This document shows, in pieces, positions 9,489 through 18,616 of a stretch of DNA of 32,000 nucleotides; the first letter of the stretch is position 1; every line of letters begins with the position of its first letter. Below the pieces are notes generated by a model. It did no database searches. It was not told where the DNA came from and was given only the letters and a program-made list of their open reading frames with translations. The stretch is from the NCBI RefSeq assembly GCF_001652585.1, contig NZ_LWLG01000001.1, positions 374,895 through 406,894 of the forward strand, given 5' to 3'. This stretch comes from Thermosulfurimonas dismutans (lineage in GTDB: Bacteria > Desulfobacterota > Thermodesulfobacteria > Thermodesulfobacteriales > Thermodesulfobacteriaceae). A program made the position numbers and the translations under genes.

Positions 9489-9647
9489 TTAAGTTATTCC
9501 CACCATAAAAATCAGACCAGCAGATATGGCCTTCCCTAAAGAAGACGCATAGCCGGAGTTTAAGGAAGTTTTAATGCCAGCCATTGCTACCGCTAGGGCG
9601 AGATTTGAGGGCCAATTTCTGAATTCAAAAAGTGGTCGCGGTCTCAT
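9489..9647 (-). CDS. Hypothetical 52-aa small protein (possible small membrane protein), below the ORF-track size cut-off
   Basis: My own translation of the minus strand gives MRPRPLFEFRNWPSNLALAVAMAGIKTSLNSGYASSLGKAISAGLIFMVGIT. Its ATG (9645-9647) overlaps the pyrB stop TGA (9644-9646) in an ATGA arrangement. It fills most of the otherwise empty 179-bp pyrB-pyrC spacer. No homology recognised. Confidence 0.3.
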   Translation of the reverse strand: MRPRPLFEFRNWPSNLALAVAMAGIKTSLNSGYASSLGKAISAGLIFMVGIT

Positions 9648-10576
9648 GTTTCAGAGGCTTTAAGCAGCAAGAGAAGCAGGGCCATTCTTACGGCCACACC
9701 ATTTTCTACCTGATCTAGGATGACCTGGCCAGGGAAATCTTCAAGCTCTGGGGCGAGCTCTATGCCCCAGTTGATGGGACCGGGATGCATGAGGATGGCG
9801 CCTTCGGCGGCCAGGGAGAGGACCCTGCGGTTTAGCCCGAAGTAGCGGGCGTATTCATGGAAGTTTGGGAAAAGTGGCCGACCGTGACGTTCCTTCTGGA
9901 CCCGTAGGGCCATGACCACGTCTGCCCCTTCCACAGCTTCTTCCAGTCGTAGGCACACCTTGGCCCCCAAGGCTTCCCTTTCCGGTGGTAGAAGGGTACC
10001 CGGACCGGAGACATATACTTCGGCTCCCATCTTACGAAAGGCCAAGATGTCTGAGTGGGCCACCCGGCTGTGGCGGATGTCTCCGATGATAGCCACTTTC
10101 AGCCCTTTTAGGGTGCCTTTTTTCTCCCACACAGTAAGGAGATCGAGCAAGGCCTGAGTGGGGTGCTCATGAAAGCCGTCTCCGGCGTTGATGACCCCGG
10201 CTCGCACGTGACGAGCCACGAAATGCGGGGCCCCCGAGGCCGGATGTCTTATCACGAAGAGATCCGGCCCCATGGCTTCCACGTTTTTGACGGTATCAAG
10301 GAGATTTTCGCCCTTCTCCAGGCTGCTTCCCCGGGCCGAAAAGTTCATGACCTCAGCCGAAAGGACCTTGGCCGCCCGTTCAAAGGAAAGCTTGGTCCGG
10401 GTGCTGGGCTCGAAAAAAAGGTTGGCCACCACCTTGCCTCTGAGAGTGGGGACCTTCGGTATAGGACGTTTTAGAACCTCTTTCAGGTTGTGAGCAGTTT
10501 TAAGAATGGTCCAGATATCCTCCTCGGAAAGAGGCCCGATCTCAAGAAGATGTCGGTGGGGAAATTCTACGGCCAT
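9644..10576 (-). CDS. pyrB: Aspartate carbamoyltransferase catalytic subunit
   Basis: 310 aa. Carbamoyl-phosphate motif FFEPSTRTKLSFE and aspartate-binding HPTQALLD. AGGGA-type SD upstream of the ATG. Confidence 0.95.
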   Translation of the reverse strand: MAVEFPHRHLLEIGPLSEEDIWTILKTAHNLKEVLKRPIPKVPTLRGKVVANLFFEPSTRTKLSFERAAKVLSAEVMNFSARGSSLEKGENLLDTVKNVEAMGPDLFVIRHPASGAPHFVARHVRAGVINAGDGFHEHPTQALLDLLTVWEKKGTLKGLKVAIIGDIRHSRVAHSDILAFRKMGAEVYVSGPGTLLPPEREALGAKVCLRLEEAVEGADVVMALRVQKERHGRPLFPNFHEYARYFGLNRRVLSLAAEGAILMHPGPINWGIELAPELEDFPGQVILDQVENGVAVRMALLLLLLKASET

Positions 10577-10607
10577 GGATAGTCCCTATTTAGTGGAAAC
10601 ACCCAAA

Positions 10608-10637
10608 AATTTAGCAGAAACATCCTCAAGAGGTCAA
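10608..10637 (-). promoter_or_regulatory. Candidate sigma70-type promoter for pyrB
   Basis: The minus strand reads TTGACC (10632-10637), an 18-nt spacer, then TAAATT (10608-10613), about 30 nt upstream of the pyrB ATG. Visual match only. Confidence 0.3.
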
Positions 10638-10705
10638 GCCTAGAAGGCCCTCTACCTGTTAAGGGACTCGGGAGTAAAATAGAAAAAAACCTTCGGAGAA
10701 GGGTC

Positions 10706-13700
10706 ATGGCGGAGTTCGTGCATCTTCATGTGCATACGGAGTGGAGTCTCCTTGACGGAGCTTTGCGGGTCTCGGATGTGGCCAAAAAGGCTGTGGAATA
10801 TAGAATGCCGGCGGTGGCCATCACCGACCACGGCAATCTCTTTGGAGTGGTTCACTTTTACGAAAAGATCAAGGCGGCTGGCCTCAAGCCCATCATTGGT
10901 TGCGAGGTCTATGTGGCCCCTGGGTCACGGTTCGAAAAGAAGGCCAAAAGTGCCACCGAAGCCGGGTATCACCTGGTCCTCCTGGCGCAGAACGAGATCG
11001 GTTATCGCAATCTCTTGAAACTGGTCACGAGAGCCCATTTTGAGGGTTTCTACTGGAAACCTCGGGTAGACAAAGAATTGCTTAAGGAGTACGCCGAAGG
11101 TCTCATTGCGCTTTCGGCCTGTCTTCACGGAGAGATTCCGGCAGCCATTCTTTCCGGGGACAAGGATCGGGCCGTGGCCCTGATAAAGGCTTACAGTACC
11201 ATCTTTCCCGGTAGGTTTTATCTCGAGATCCAGGAAAACGGAATCCCGGAACAGAAAAAGGTGAACGAAGTTTTGCTTGAGATGGCTGAAACTTTTGGCC
11301 TTCCGGTGGTGGCCACTAATGATTGTCATTACCTCTCGCGAGAGGATGCTTCCGTGCATGAGATTTTGCTCTGCATTCAAACCGGAAAGACTCTCTCCGA
11401 CCCCAAACGCTTTCGATTCGATACCGATCAAGTGTATTTTGCCTCTCCAGAGGAGATGAGGTCGCGTTTCCGGGATTATCCCCCAGAGGTCCTTGCTAGA
11501 ACTCTGGAAATAGCCGAACGCATAAATTTTGAACTTACGCTTGGAGAACACCGCTTTCCGGTCTATCCCCTCCCTCCGGGGAGAACCTATGAGGAAGTCT
11601 TCGAAGAAAAGGCGCGGGAAGGCCTAAAAGAGAGACTCCGGGAACTAAAAGAAGGCCCTGGGCTAGCAGCTTCTGAAAAGGAATACTGGGATCGGCTAGC
11701 TTACGAAATTGAGGTCATCAAGAAGAAGGGTTTTGCCAGCTATTTTCTGATTGTTTCCGATTTTATCAACTGGGCTCGTAAACAACGGATTCCGGTGGGA
11801 CCGGGGCGAGGTTCTGCTGCCGGAAGCCTTGTAGCCTATGCCATGCGGATTACCAATCTGGATCCCCTCCGCTATGGCCTCCTTTTTGAACGTTTCCTGA
11901 ACGTGGAAAGGACCAGTCTTCCGGACATCGATGTGGACTTCTGTATGCGCCGGCGGGATGAGGTCATAGAGTACGTTCGAGAGAAATACGGGGGTAAGGA
12001 TTACGTGGCCCAGATCGCTACCTTCGGACAGCTCAAGGCTCGGGCCGTGGTACGGGATGTAGGCCGAGTGTTGGGTTTCAAGCCCAAGGAGATTGACCCT
12101 ATCGCCAAGTTGATCCCTGAAGGGCCAAATGTGACTCTGGAGATGGCCCTTTCATCCGAGCCCCGCCTGCGGGAGCTCATCCAAAAGGACGAGCGAGTAG
12201 CCCAGCTTTTTGCGGTTGCCCGAGCCCTTGAAGGACTTCCTAGGCATTCCTCGACCCATGCCGCTGGGGTTATTATCGCCGATCGGCCCCTTTCGGAGTA
12301 TTGCCCCCTCATGAAAGGAGACAAGGGTGAAATTATCACCCAGTTCGATATGAAGGCCGTAGAGAAAATTGGCCTCATCAAATTCGATTTTCTAGGCCTC
12401 AAGACCCTCACCATCATAGATCATGCCCTCAAGCTCATTCGAGAATACTATCACCAGGATCTCGATCTTGATCGGATCCCTCTCGACGATCCCGAGACCT
12501 ACGCCCTCCTCTGTCGAGGTGAGACCGACGGCGTGTTCCAGCTAGAATCTTCAGGGATGAAGGATCTCCTGCGCAGGCTTAAACCTACAGATTTTAACGA
12601 CCTTATTGCGGTCCTGGCTCTTTATCGGCCGGGGCCGCTTGAGTCCGGTATGGTGGAACAGTACATCGAGGTCAAACACGGTCGCCGCGAACCAGATTAT
12701 CTCCATCCTAAGCTTGAGCCGGTGCTCAAGGAGACTTACGGGGTGATCCTCTACCAGGAACAGGTAATGAAAATTGCTCAAGTGCTTGCGGGTTACACCC
12801 TTGGAGAGGCGGATATTTTGCGCAAGGCCATGGGCAAGAAGATCCCCGAGGTCATGGCCGAACAGCGCAAGCGCTTTGTCTCCGGGGCGGTGGAAAGGGG
12901 TATTTCCCGGGAAACCGCGGAACACATCTTCGACCTCATGGAAAAGTTTGCGGGCTACGGTTTCAACAAGAGTCATTCTGCAGCCTACGCCCTGGTGGCC
13001 TATCAGACTGCCTATCTCAAGGCCCATTATCCCCTCTGTTATATGGCAGCCCTCCTCTCCTACGAAATGGACAAGGCCGAGGAGGTCATGAAGTATGTGG
13101 CTGTCTGCCGGCGGATGGGGATCGAGGTTCTGCCCCCGGACATAAACCGTAGCGGACTGGAGTTCACCCTTGAGGAAGGGGCCATACGGTATGGTCTGGC
13201 GGCCATCAAGAACGTAGGCGTGGGGGCGGTGGAAGAAATCCTGAAGGAAAGGGCCTTGAAAGGACCCTTCAAGTCCTTTGAGGACTTTTGTTTGCGCGTG
13301 GATCCCGGCCGCATAAACCGCCGGGTCCTTGAGGCCCTCATCAAGTCCGGGGCCTTTGATACCCTGGGAGAGAATCGGGCCACCCTGATGCACAATCTGG
13401 ACACCATCCTGGATTGGGCCCAAAAGGAAAAGGCCGCCCGAGAAAGGGGACAGATCTCCATTTTTGCCATGGGAAGCGGTGAGACCGCAGTTTCGCCCTT
13501 GAAATTGGAGCAGATTCCGGAGTGGGATCCCGAAATTAAGCTTACCGAGGAAAGAAAGGCCTTAGGGTTTTATCTTACCGGACATCCTCTTTCGTCTTAT
13601 CGGGAGTGGCTTTCGATAATCACGCCCCATGCTGTGTCCAGACTTTCGGATGTCCCAGACGGTCGGAAGGTGATTCTCGGGGCCGCCATCGGGGCTATCA

Positions 13701-14164
13701 AGATCAAAAATACCCGCCGGGGAGATAAGATGGCCTTCATCCAGCTCGAGGACGGAGAAGCCGTGGTGGAGGCCATTGTCTTCCCGGATCTTTTCGGAAA
13801 GACCTTTTCTTTCCTTGAAGAAGGAAAACTGGTGCTTGTCCGGGGAATAGTAGAGAGAGAGTCAGGAGAGGTAAGGCTCCTTTTGGAAGATCTCAAACTC
13901 TTAGCGGACGCTTTGAAGGATCTTTCCGGAAAACTAGTTCTGGGGTTTAAGGGCGAGGGGTTGAGCACGGAGGAGTTGGAGACTCTCAAAGAATTGCTCA
14001 CCTCCAACAATGGCAGATGCGAAGTGGCTCTGGAGCTCACCTTTCCGGAGGGTGTGGTCCGCATAGATCTCAACGGGAAATTCATGGTCTCACCGACCCC
14101 GGACTTTATGACCAATCTCCGCCGTTTTCTCGGAGATCACTTTGTGAAAGCCTCTTTGGAATGA
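10706..14164 (+). CDS. dnaE: DNA polymerase III alpha subunit
   Basis: 1152 aa. N-terminal PHP domain FVHLHVHTEWSLLDG. Palm motifs GPGRGSAAGSLVAY and PDIDVDF. Also LIKFDFLGLKTL and a C-terminal OB-fold region. SD GGAGAAGGG upstream. Confidence 0.96.
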   Translation: MAEFVHLHVHTEWSLLDGALRVSDVAKKAVEYRMPAVAITDHGNLFGVVHFYEKIKAAGLKPIIGCEVYVAPGSRFEKKAKSATEAGYHLVLLAQNEIGYRNLLKLVTRAHFEGFYWKPRVDKELLKEYAEGLIALSACLHGEIPAAILSGDKDRAVALIKAYSTIFPGRFYLEIQENGIPEQKKVNEVLLEMAETFGLPVVATNDCHYLSREDASVHEILLCIQTGKTLSDPKRFRFDTDQVYFASPEEMRSRFRDYPPEVLARTLEIAERINFELTLGEHRFPVYPLPPGRTYEEVFEEKAREGLKERLRELKEGPGLAASEKEYWDRLAYEIEVIKKKGFASYFLIVSDFINWARKQRIPVGPGRGSAAGSLVAYAMRITNLDPLRYGLLFERFLNVERTSLPDIDVDFCMRRRDEVIEYVREKYGGKDYVAQIATFGQLKARAVVRDVGRVLGFKPKEIDPIAKLIPEGPNVTLEMALSSEPRLRELIQKDERVAQLFAVARALEGLPRHSSTHAAGVIIADRPLSEYCPLMKGDKGEIITQFDMKAVEKIGLIKFDFLGLKTLTIIDHALKLIREYYHQDLDLDRIPLDDPETYALLCRGETDGVFQLESSGMKDLLRRLKPTDFNDLIAVLALYRPGPLESGMVEQYIEVKHGRREPDYLHPKLEPVLKETYGVILYQEQVMKIAQVLAGYTLGEADILRKAMGKKIPEVMAEQRKRFVSGAVERGISRETAEHIFDLMEKFAGYGFNKSHSAAYALVAYQTAYLKAHYPLCYMAALLSYEMDKAEEVMKYVAVCRRMGIEVLPPDINRSGLEFTLEEGAIRYGLAAIKNVGVGAVEEILKERALKGPFKSFEDFCLRVDPGRINRRVLEALIKSGAFDTLGENRATLMHNLDTILDWAQKEKAARERGQISIFAMGSGETAVSPLKLEQIPEWDPEIKLTEERKALGFYLTGHPLSSYREWLSIITPHAVSRLSDVPDGRKVILGAAIGAIKIKNTRRGDKMAFIQLEDGEAVVEAIVFPDLFGKTFSFLEEGKLVLVRGIVERESGEVRLLLEDLKLLADALKDLSGKLVLGFKGEGLSTEELETLKELLTSNNGRCEVALELTFPEGVVRIDLNGKFMVSPTPDFMTNLRRFLGDHFVKASLE

Positions 14165-14169
14165 AGAGG

Positions 14170-16245
14170 CTATGGATTGAGCTCTGAGAGGTCGGCTACC
14201 CGGAGGAAGAGCTCCGCTATCTCCTGAAGTAGGGCCAAGCGGTTTTCCCTCAACGCCTGGTCCTCAACCATCACGAAGACGTCTTCAAAAAACCGGTCAA
14301 TGGGGGCCTTGAGGCTCGTAAACCTGCGGAGAGCTTCCTCGTAGCTACGAGCCTCAAGTAAGGGTTCGGTCTCGGCTCGGATCTCAAGAAAGGCTTCTCT
14401 TAGGGCCTTTTCGGCAGGTTCTTTAAGGAGGTCTTCATCAAAAGAAAGCTTTGCGGTTAGTTTTTTGACCATATTCATGACCCGCTTGAAGCCTACCGAA
14501 AGGGCGGCAAAGTCTGGACTTTGCCGAACCTTATGTAGGGCCGAAAGCCTAAGGTAGGCTTCATAGGGATCATCAAAGTCTACTTTGAGGACTGCCCGCA
14601 CCTCGTCCAAAGGAAATCCCTGAGCGAGGAATTCGCCTTCTAGACGTTTTTCAAGGAAGGCGAGGAGCTCGGAGAGGACCTCCTCCTTTGAGGATTTGAG
14701 ATGTCCCTGTCTTTCAAGGACAAAGAGGCTAAAGCTTAATATTTCGCGAAGAGAGAGAGAGAGAGCGTGATGAAGAACAGTCTTCAGTAGGCCGTAAGCC
14801 GCCCGTCTCAACCCGTAGGGGTCAGCGGCTCCTGTGGGACGTTCGCCTACCGCAAAGAAGGCCGAAAGGGTGTCCAGTTTGTCGGCCAGTGAAAGGAGGA
14901 TGCCTACCGGGTTTTCGGCCACCCGGTCTTCGGCTCCCCGAGGTAGATATTGTTCATAAAGGGCGAGGGCTACTTCTTCGTCCTCTCCGGCCGCTAGGGC
15001 GTAAATTCGGCCCATCTCCCCCTGAAGCGAGGGGAATTCGCCTACTACTTCCGTCACGAGATCCGCCTTGGCCAATTCCGCTGCCCTTACCGCGAGGTCC
15101 TTCTTTTCGGGGAAGAGTTTCTCTGCTAGAAACCCGCAAATGGATTTTAGTCGTTCGGTCTTTTCGTAAAGGGTGCCCAGTTGGGCGTGATAGATCACTC
15201 CGGAAAGCTCTTTAACCCTCTGTGGAAGAGGGACTTCGAGATCCCGTTCATAATAGAAACGAGCATCTTCGAGTCTAGCTTTGAGTACCCTTTCGTGTCC
15301 TCTCCGAAGGATGTCCGGATCTCGGGGGCGGTTGTTGTTTATGGCGATAAAACCGGGGAGGAGTTTCCCGCCCTGGTCTCTTACGGCGAAATATCGCTGG
15401 TGTTCCCGCATGGCAGTGATAATGAGGGCTTCCGGAAGTTTAAGATATTCCTCCGGAAAGGTTCCGGCCAGGGCAAAGGGATATTCCACCAGGTTGGCGT
15501 TCTCAAAAAGGAGCTCCGGATCTTCTTCGGCTTCTCCTCCCAGACTTTCAGCTGCTTGACGAACCTCCTGTGCGGTAACTTGGCGCCTTTCTTCAGGATC
15601 GACCAGGACGTATCTCTCACGAAGCCTTTCGAGATACTCTTCAAAACTACCGACGGCCACGGCTTCTGGAGCGAGAAACCGGTGGCCATAAGTGTAGGGT
15701 CCGCTTTTTACACCTGCAATCTCAAGAGGAATCACCTCTTCCCCGTAAAGGGAGAGCAACCACTTTATGGGGCGGGCAAACCGGAAGTCATAGTTTCCCC
15801 ACCGCATGGTCTTGGGAAAATGGATCCGAGAGACGAGCTCCTTAAGGAGCCCGGGTAGCAGTTCCCGGGTCTCTTTTCCCTGGATGTATTTTTCCACGCA
15901 GAGGTATTCCCCCTTTGCAGTGGACTTGATCTTGAGCTCCGAGGGGTCAACCCCTTGCTTGCGGGCAAAACCCAGGGCGGCCTTGGTGAAAGAGCCGTCT
16001 TCACCTATGGCCACCTTTTTGGGCGGTCCCATGACTTCTTCGACCCGATCGGGCTGTTTTTCGGAAAGTCCGGATATCAGAAGGGCCAGCCTTCTAGGGG
16101 TACCTACGGTTTTTATGGCTTTAAAGGAAAGATCACTTTCTGCAAGCAACTTCTGGGCTTCTTCGGCCAGACTTTGCAGGGCCGGTTCAATGAACCTTGC
16201 CGGTAGTTCTTCACACCCGATTTCGAATAGCAGATCCTTAGCCAT
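14170..16245 (-). CDS. glyS: Glycine--tRNA ligase beta subunit
   Basis: Full-length family-typical GlyS. I prefer the start at [15 protein letters not shown] (ATG 16243-16245), which matches the usual GlyS N-terminus. The ORF track extends 6 codons further to 16263. Overlaps the glyQ stop by 8 bp. Confidence 0.9.
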   Translation of the reverse strand: MAKDLLFEIGCEELPARFIEPALQSLAEEAQKLLAESDLSFKAIKTVGTPRRLALLISGLSEKQPDRVEEVMGPPKKVAIGEDGSFTKAALGFARKQGVDPSELKIKSTAKGEYLCVEKYIQGKETRELLPGLLKELVSRIHFPKTMRWGNYDFRFARPIKWLLSLYGEEVIPLEIAGVKSGPYTYGHRFLAPEAVAVGSFEEYLERLRERYVLVDPEERRQVTAQEVRQAAESLGGEAEEDPELLFENANLVEYPFALAGTFPEEYLKLPEALIITAMREHQRYFAVRDQGGKLLPGFIAINNNRPRDPDILRRGHERVLKARLEDARFYYERDLEVPLPQRVKELSGVIYHAQLGTLYEKTERLKSICGFLAEKLFPEKKDLAVRAAELAKADLVTEVVGEFPSLQGEMGRIYALAAGEDEEVALALYEQYLPRGAEDRVAENPVGILLSLADKLDTLSAFFAVGERPTGAADPYGLRRAAYGLLKTVLHHALSLSLREILSFSLFVLERQGHLKSSKEEVLSELLAFLEKRLEGEFLAQGFPLDEVRAVLKVDFDDPYEAYLRLSALHKVRQSPDFAALSVGFKRVMNMVKKLTAKLSFDEDLLKEPAEKALREAFLEIRAETEPLLEARSYEEALRRFTSLKAPIDRFFEDVFVMVEDQALRENRLALLQEIAELFLRVADLSELNP

Positions 16246-17104
16246 TGTTATCCCTACCCACAAGTTTTTCTCGGTTCAGCCAGGCCTCGGCGCTTTTTTT
16301 GGCCAGGGCCCTTACCCGGGCGATGTAGGCCGTGCGTTCGGCCACTGAAATGGCCCCTCGGGCGTCCAGCAAGTTGAAGATATGGGAGCACTTGATGGTG
16401 CAGTCGTATCCCGGAAGAGCCAGGCCCAGTTCAAGGAGCCGAAGGCCCTCTTTCTCGTACCGGTCAAAGAGTTCGTGCAACATTTCTACGTCGGCCTCTT
16501 CGAAGTTGAAAATAGAATATTCCACTTCGGCCCGGTGATAAAGATCGCCATAGGTGAACTGTTCGTTCCAGCGAAGCTCAAAGACGTTTTCTACCCCTTG
16601 AAGGAACATAGCCAGTCGTTCAAGACCATAGGTGATCTCTACCGTGACCGGTTTACAGTCGAAACCGCCTATCTGCTGGAAGTAAGTAAACTGGGTAATC
16701 TCCATACCGTCCAGCCAGACCTCCCAGCCCAGGCCCCAGGCTCCGAGAGTGGGACTCTCCCAGTCGTCCTCCACGAACCTTATGTCATGGTCCTTGGGGT
16801 CTATGCCAAGGGCCTTGAGACTTTCGAGATAGGTTTCTTGTATGTCATCTGGAGAGGGTTTTATGACCACCTGGTACTGGAAATAGTGTTGCAGGCGATT
16901 GGGGTTTTCGCCATAACGGCCATCAGTTGGTCGGCGGCAAGGTTCGGGATAGGCCGCAGCCCAGGGCTCCGGACCAAGAGCCCGCAGAAAGGTGGCCGGG
17001 TGAAAAGTTCCGGCTCCTACTTCCATGTCATAGGGCTGAAGAATAAGACAGCCTTTTTCCGCCCAGAAACGGTTAAGAGTGGCTATCAGCTCCTGAAAAT
17101 ACAT
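16238..17104 (-). CDS. glyQ: Glycine--tRNA ligase alpha subunit
   Basis: 288 aa. Contains [17 protein letters not shown] and [23 protein letters not shown]. Strong SD AGGAGGAAGGG directly upstream. Confidence 0.95.
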   Translation of the reverse strand: MYFQELIATLNRFWAEKGCLILQPYDMEVGAGTFHPATFLRALGPEPWAAAYPEPCRRPTDGRYGENPNRLQHYFQYQVVIKPSPDDIQETYLESLKALGIDPKDHDIRFVEDDWESPTLGAWGLGWEVWLDGMEITQFTYFQQIGGFDCKPVTVEITYGLERLAMFLQGVENVFELRWNEQFTYGDLYHRAEVEYSIFNFEEADVEMLHELFDRYEKEGLRLLELGLALPGYDCTIKCSHIFNLLDARGAISVAERTAYIARVRALAKKSAEAWLNREKLVGRDNNG

Positions 17105-17195
17105 CCCTTCCTCCTGTCGTCAGAGCTTCACCCGAAACCAATTAACCCTAGATGGTTTAACCTTTCTGGATTTAAGATTCAAGTATACCGTAAAA

Positions 17196-17717
17196 TTACT
17201 TTGCTGGCCTTACTTTCAGGTAAACCTTCCCCGCCTCTGTGGGGAGCTTTATAACTATCTCAGGGTAGGTTTTTATTATGCGGTACCCCACCGAGGTTTT
17301 TTCGAGCCTGATTTCTTCTTCCGGCAGGAGAAATTTCTTTTTACCTTTTGGGGTTAGAAACACTATTCGATTTTGGTGATGCCAGAAATAAAAAAATACT
17401 TTCTGACGGTAAGTTAGGAGCCCTTTTTTCTTTTCGAACCTTAGATCCAGACGGTAAACCCCATCTTTCAAAGGAGTTATACGGTAGGCCTTCAACTGAT
17501 AGCGGCCGTCGGCAAAGCCTCCCAGAAAGTCGAACTTGGCATAAGAGGAATCTAAGATTTCAAAGTTTAGCGAGATTCGAGCTTGTGCTATCTCTTCACG
17601 AAAGGCCGAAAGTATCTCGGAAAGACCAGTTTTTTCTGTAGGCGCTCCGATTGAAAGAAACGGCCATAACCAGCATAGTAATCCGATAAAAGCTAACCGA
17701 AAAGTTTTGGCCACCAT
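17196..17717 (-). CDS. Hypothetical secreted/periplasmic protein (about 173 aa)
   Basis: The ORF is open to 17777, but a GGAGG SD sits 7 nt upstream of the internal ATG at 17715-17717. That start gives MVAKTFRLAFIGLLCWLWPFLSIGAPTEK, a signal-peptide-like N-terminus. The rest is K/R/Y/F-rich and looks beta-rich. No family recognised. Confidence 0.6.
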   Translation of the reverse strand: MVAKTFRLAFIGLLCWLWPFLSIGAPTEKTGLSEILSAFREEIAQARISLNFEILDSSYAKFDFLGGFADGRYQLKAYRITPLKDGVYRLDLRFEKKKGLLTYRQKVFFYFWHHQNRIVFLTPKGKKKFLLPEEEIRLEKTSVGYRIIKTYPEIVIKLPTEAGKVYLKVRPAK

Positions 17718-17863
17718 TTTAAAGCCTCCCTGCAAGAGGTCTTCGCCGAGGGCTCGTTTGAGCCTTATCGGCACCAATAGATCTTCACTCCTTAACGCCT
17801 TTAAAAGCCTATTTGGAGGTGCGCTCTGGGATAGATACCATTATACTGAAGAAAAAAGGGATC

Positions 17864-18616
17864 ATGCAGGTCAGAGTAAAGACCAAAGAAATAAAAGCTA
17901 GGCTCGAAAACCTGGCGGTGGTTCTGGTAGAGACCCTTTATCCCGAAAATATTGGGTCTGCTGCCAGGGCCTGCGCCAATTTTGGTGTGTCCCAGCTCAT
18001 TTTAGTCCGCCCCAAGGATCTTACCCCTGAGAAAATGCGGGCTATGGCCACCAGAAGCGGACTCCCCATCCTTGAGAAGATGAAGATCTACGACGATCTA
18101 ATTGAGGCCCTGGCAGATTTCAATTACGTAGTCGGTACAACCGCTCGCCTGGGCAAACAGCGTAAGGTCTACGAGACCGTACGAGAAATCGTTCCTAGGA
18201 TAGTGGATCTGTCACAGAACAACCGTATAGCTTTTCTTTTCGGAAACGAAAAATGGGGCCTTACCAATGAGACTCTCTACCATTGTCACACCGTAGTCAC
18301 TATTCCCACCACCGAGGCCGCAAGTCTCAATGTTGCCCAGGCGGTGGTGATCGTGCTCTATGAGATGTTCTGTGCCTCGGCTGCGGTAGAGATACCGAAG
18401 CCGCGTCTGGCGACCATCAAGGAACTCGAGGTGATGTACGAGATCTTGAGAGAGACCCTGAAACGTATAGACTATGTTCCGCATGACAACGAAACCCTTT
18501 GGATGACCACCATAAGACGGTTTCTTTCCCGCCTTGACCTTACCGCTCAGGAGGTTCGGGTCATCCAGGGCTTTTGCAAACAGCTCCTTTGGGCCTTGGG
18601 ATCAAGCTCTTCTTAG
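17864..18616 (+). CDS. SPOUT-class RNA 2'-O-methyltransferase, TrmJ/TrmH-like
   Basis: SPOUT motifs LAVVLVETLYPENIGSAARACANFG, LFGNEKWGLTNE and IPTTEAASLNVAQAVVIVLYE. I chose the ATG at 17864 (MQVRVK); the ORF track starts at a TTG at 17813. Confidence 0.8.
   Translation: MQVRVKTKEIKARLENLAVVLVETLYPENIGSAARACANFGVSQLILVRPKDLTPEKMRAMATRSGLPILEKMKIYDDLIEALADFNYVVGTTARLGKQRKVYETVREIVPRIVDLSQNNRIAFLFGNEKWGLTNETLYHCHTVVTIPTTEAASLNVAQAVVIVLYEMFCASAAVEIPKPRLATIKELEVMYEILRETLKRIDYVPHDNETLWMTTIRRFLSRLDLTAQEVRVIQGFCKQLLWALGSSSS

Noticed and set aside
10683-10702. Minus-strand hairpin CCTTC-tcc-GAAGG followed by U7, and a 7-bp long-range inverted repeat AGTCCCT (10581-10587) / AGGGACT (10662-10668). 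Considered as a pyrB UTP-sensitive attenuator or an SD-sequestering helix.
   Set aside because: The stem is only 5 bp with a 3-nt loop. The element overlaps the dnaE SD and start on the other strand. The best pyrB promoter candidate (10608-10637) lies downstream of both the hairpin and the distal repeat arm, so neither would be in the pyrB transcript.
14142-14148. Rex-operator half-sites TTGTGAA / TTCACAA at 14142-14148, 28681-28687 and 30942-30948
   Set aside because: None has the partner half-site at the N6 spacing required for the TTGTGAA-N6-TTCACAA palindrome. Two of the three are inside coding sequence. Isolated 7-mers at this frequency are expected by chance.
14750-14765. (AG)8 dinucleotide microsatellite inside glyS
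   Set aside because: It is in-frame coding sequence for LSLSL in an essential gene. Sixteen nt is short, and nothing suggests phase variation. Most likely it is incidental.
16382-17254. Long antisense ORFs: 290 aa opposite glyQ. Similar cases are 12551-13423 and 13597-14115 opposite dnaE, 22265-23008 opposite the porin, 10925-11551 opposite dnaE, 15181-15858 opposite glyS, and 8757-9407 opposite pyrC.
   Set aside because: Each lies entirely within a confidently identified conserved gene on the other strand. They have low-complexity or odd composition (R/S/P/G-rich), no recognisable motifs and no SD. They are typical shadow ORFs caused by codon bias.
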